From the NCBI GenBank assembly GCA_000934665.2, contig KZ538989.1, positions 1 through 37,409 of the forward strand: a stretch of 37,409 nucleotides of DNA. The letters run 5' to 3'. The notes under the pieces were generated by a model. That model did no database searches. It saw nothing but the letters and a program-made list of their open reading frames with translations, and was not told where the DNA came from. Source of the DNA: Catajapyx aquilonaris. Lineage: Eukaryota. Each line of letters begins with the position of its first letter. Positions within the stretch are counted from its first letter, which is position 1. The translations under genes were made by a program, and so were the position numbers. Below are positions 36,928 to 37,409 of this stretch, in pieces.

Positions 36928-37409
36928 ATGTTGGGATGCTGTTAAAGGTACGGGTATATTTTTGGAAGTTTGTTTGTTTGTAAAATTTGCGTTCCGTACA
37001 CTGGAACTCGATACACCTTAAAATAAGGCCAAGTTACAATAAGCCAAAGTTTGTCACTATCTGTGATAGATTGCCTGCTTTGGTTATAGCGTAGTCAATT
37101 CTGATTGGATGTGTAAAAAGAGGAATGGGGATGGAGTTGGTCCAGGAAAAGACTGCACAGCCATCATGTTTTTCCCCAGAATATTTGACCCCATGACCCC
37201 TCACCCCTACCTCACACCCCCACCTCGTTCCAACTGTTTGCCCTGAAGAACTTGAGAAATGTACATACAGATGCCTGGTGGGAAATTTTGTTTTCAACAC
37301 TGCGTAATTTAAAAAAAAATCATTTTTCTTGTAGGCTATACTATTTGTGTCGGGAAGTCTAATTTCAAATCTACAAAATCCCAGAATGACCATACCATAT
37401 GAACTCACG

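Noticed and set aside
1..37409. Prokaryotic systems (CRISPR, operons, defence islands)
   Set aside because: The sequence is clearly eukaryotic with spliceosomal introns; no repeat-spacer arrays or bacterial-like ORFs were seen.

Overview
Eukaryotic DNA, most likely from a non-dipteran insect or other arthropod, with spliceosomal GT-AG introns and no prokaryotic features. It holds three intron-containing genes. (1) The 5' half of an SLC13/Indy-type Na+-carboxylate/sulfate cotransporter on the minus strand (ATG at 8217), running off the left edge. It carries a tandemly duplicated, phase-identical exon for the TM5 Na+/substrate-binding loop (571-705 versus 1927-2259) that the ORF track misses and that looks like a mutually exclusive exon pair. 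(2) A complete Kdm2 histone demethylase on the minus strand (JmjC, CXXC, PHD, F-box, LRR; 7 predicted exons, 27466-13468, about 1427 aa), with a candidate internal first exon for an F-box/LRR-only short isoform. (3) The 5' part of an Orai CRAC channel gene on the plus strand, head-to-head with Kdm2, with several candidate alternative N-terminal exons and a divergent inner-pore/TM1 exon. Introns contain three MITEs, two copies of a tRNA-derived SINE, two Helitron 3' ends, hairpins and microsatellites, and there is a 17-N assembly gap. All exon boundaries were read by eye and need transcript confirmation.
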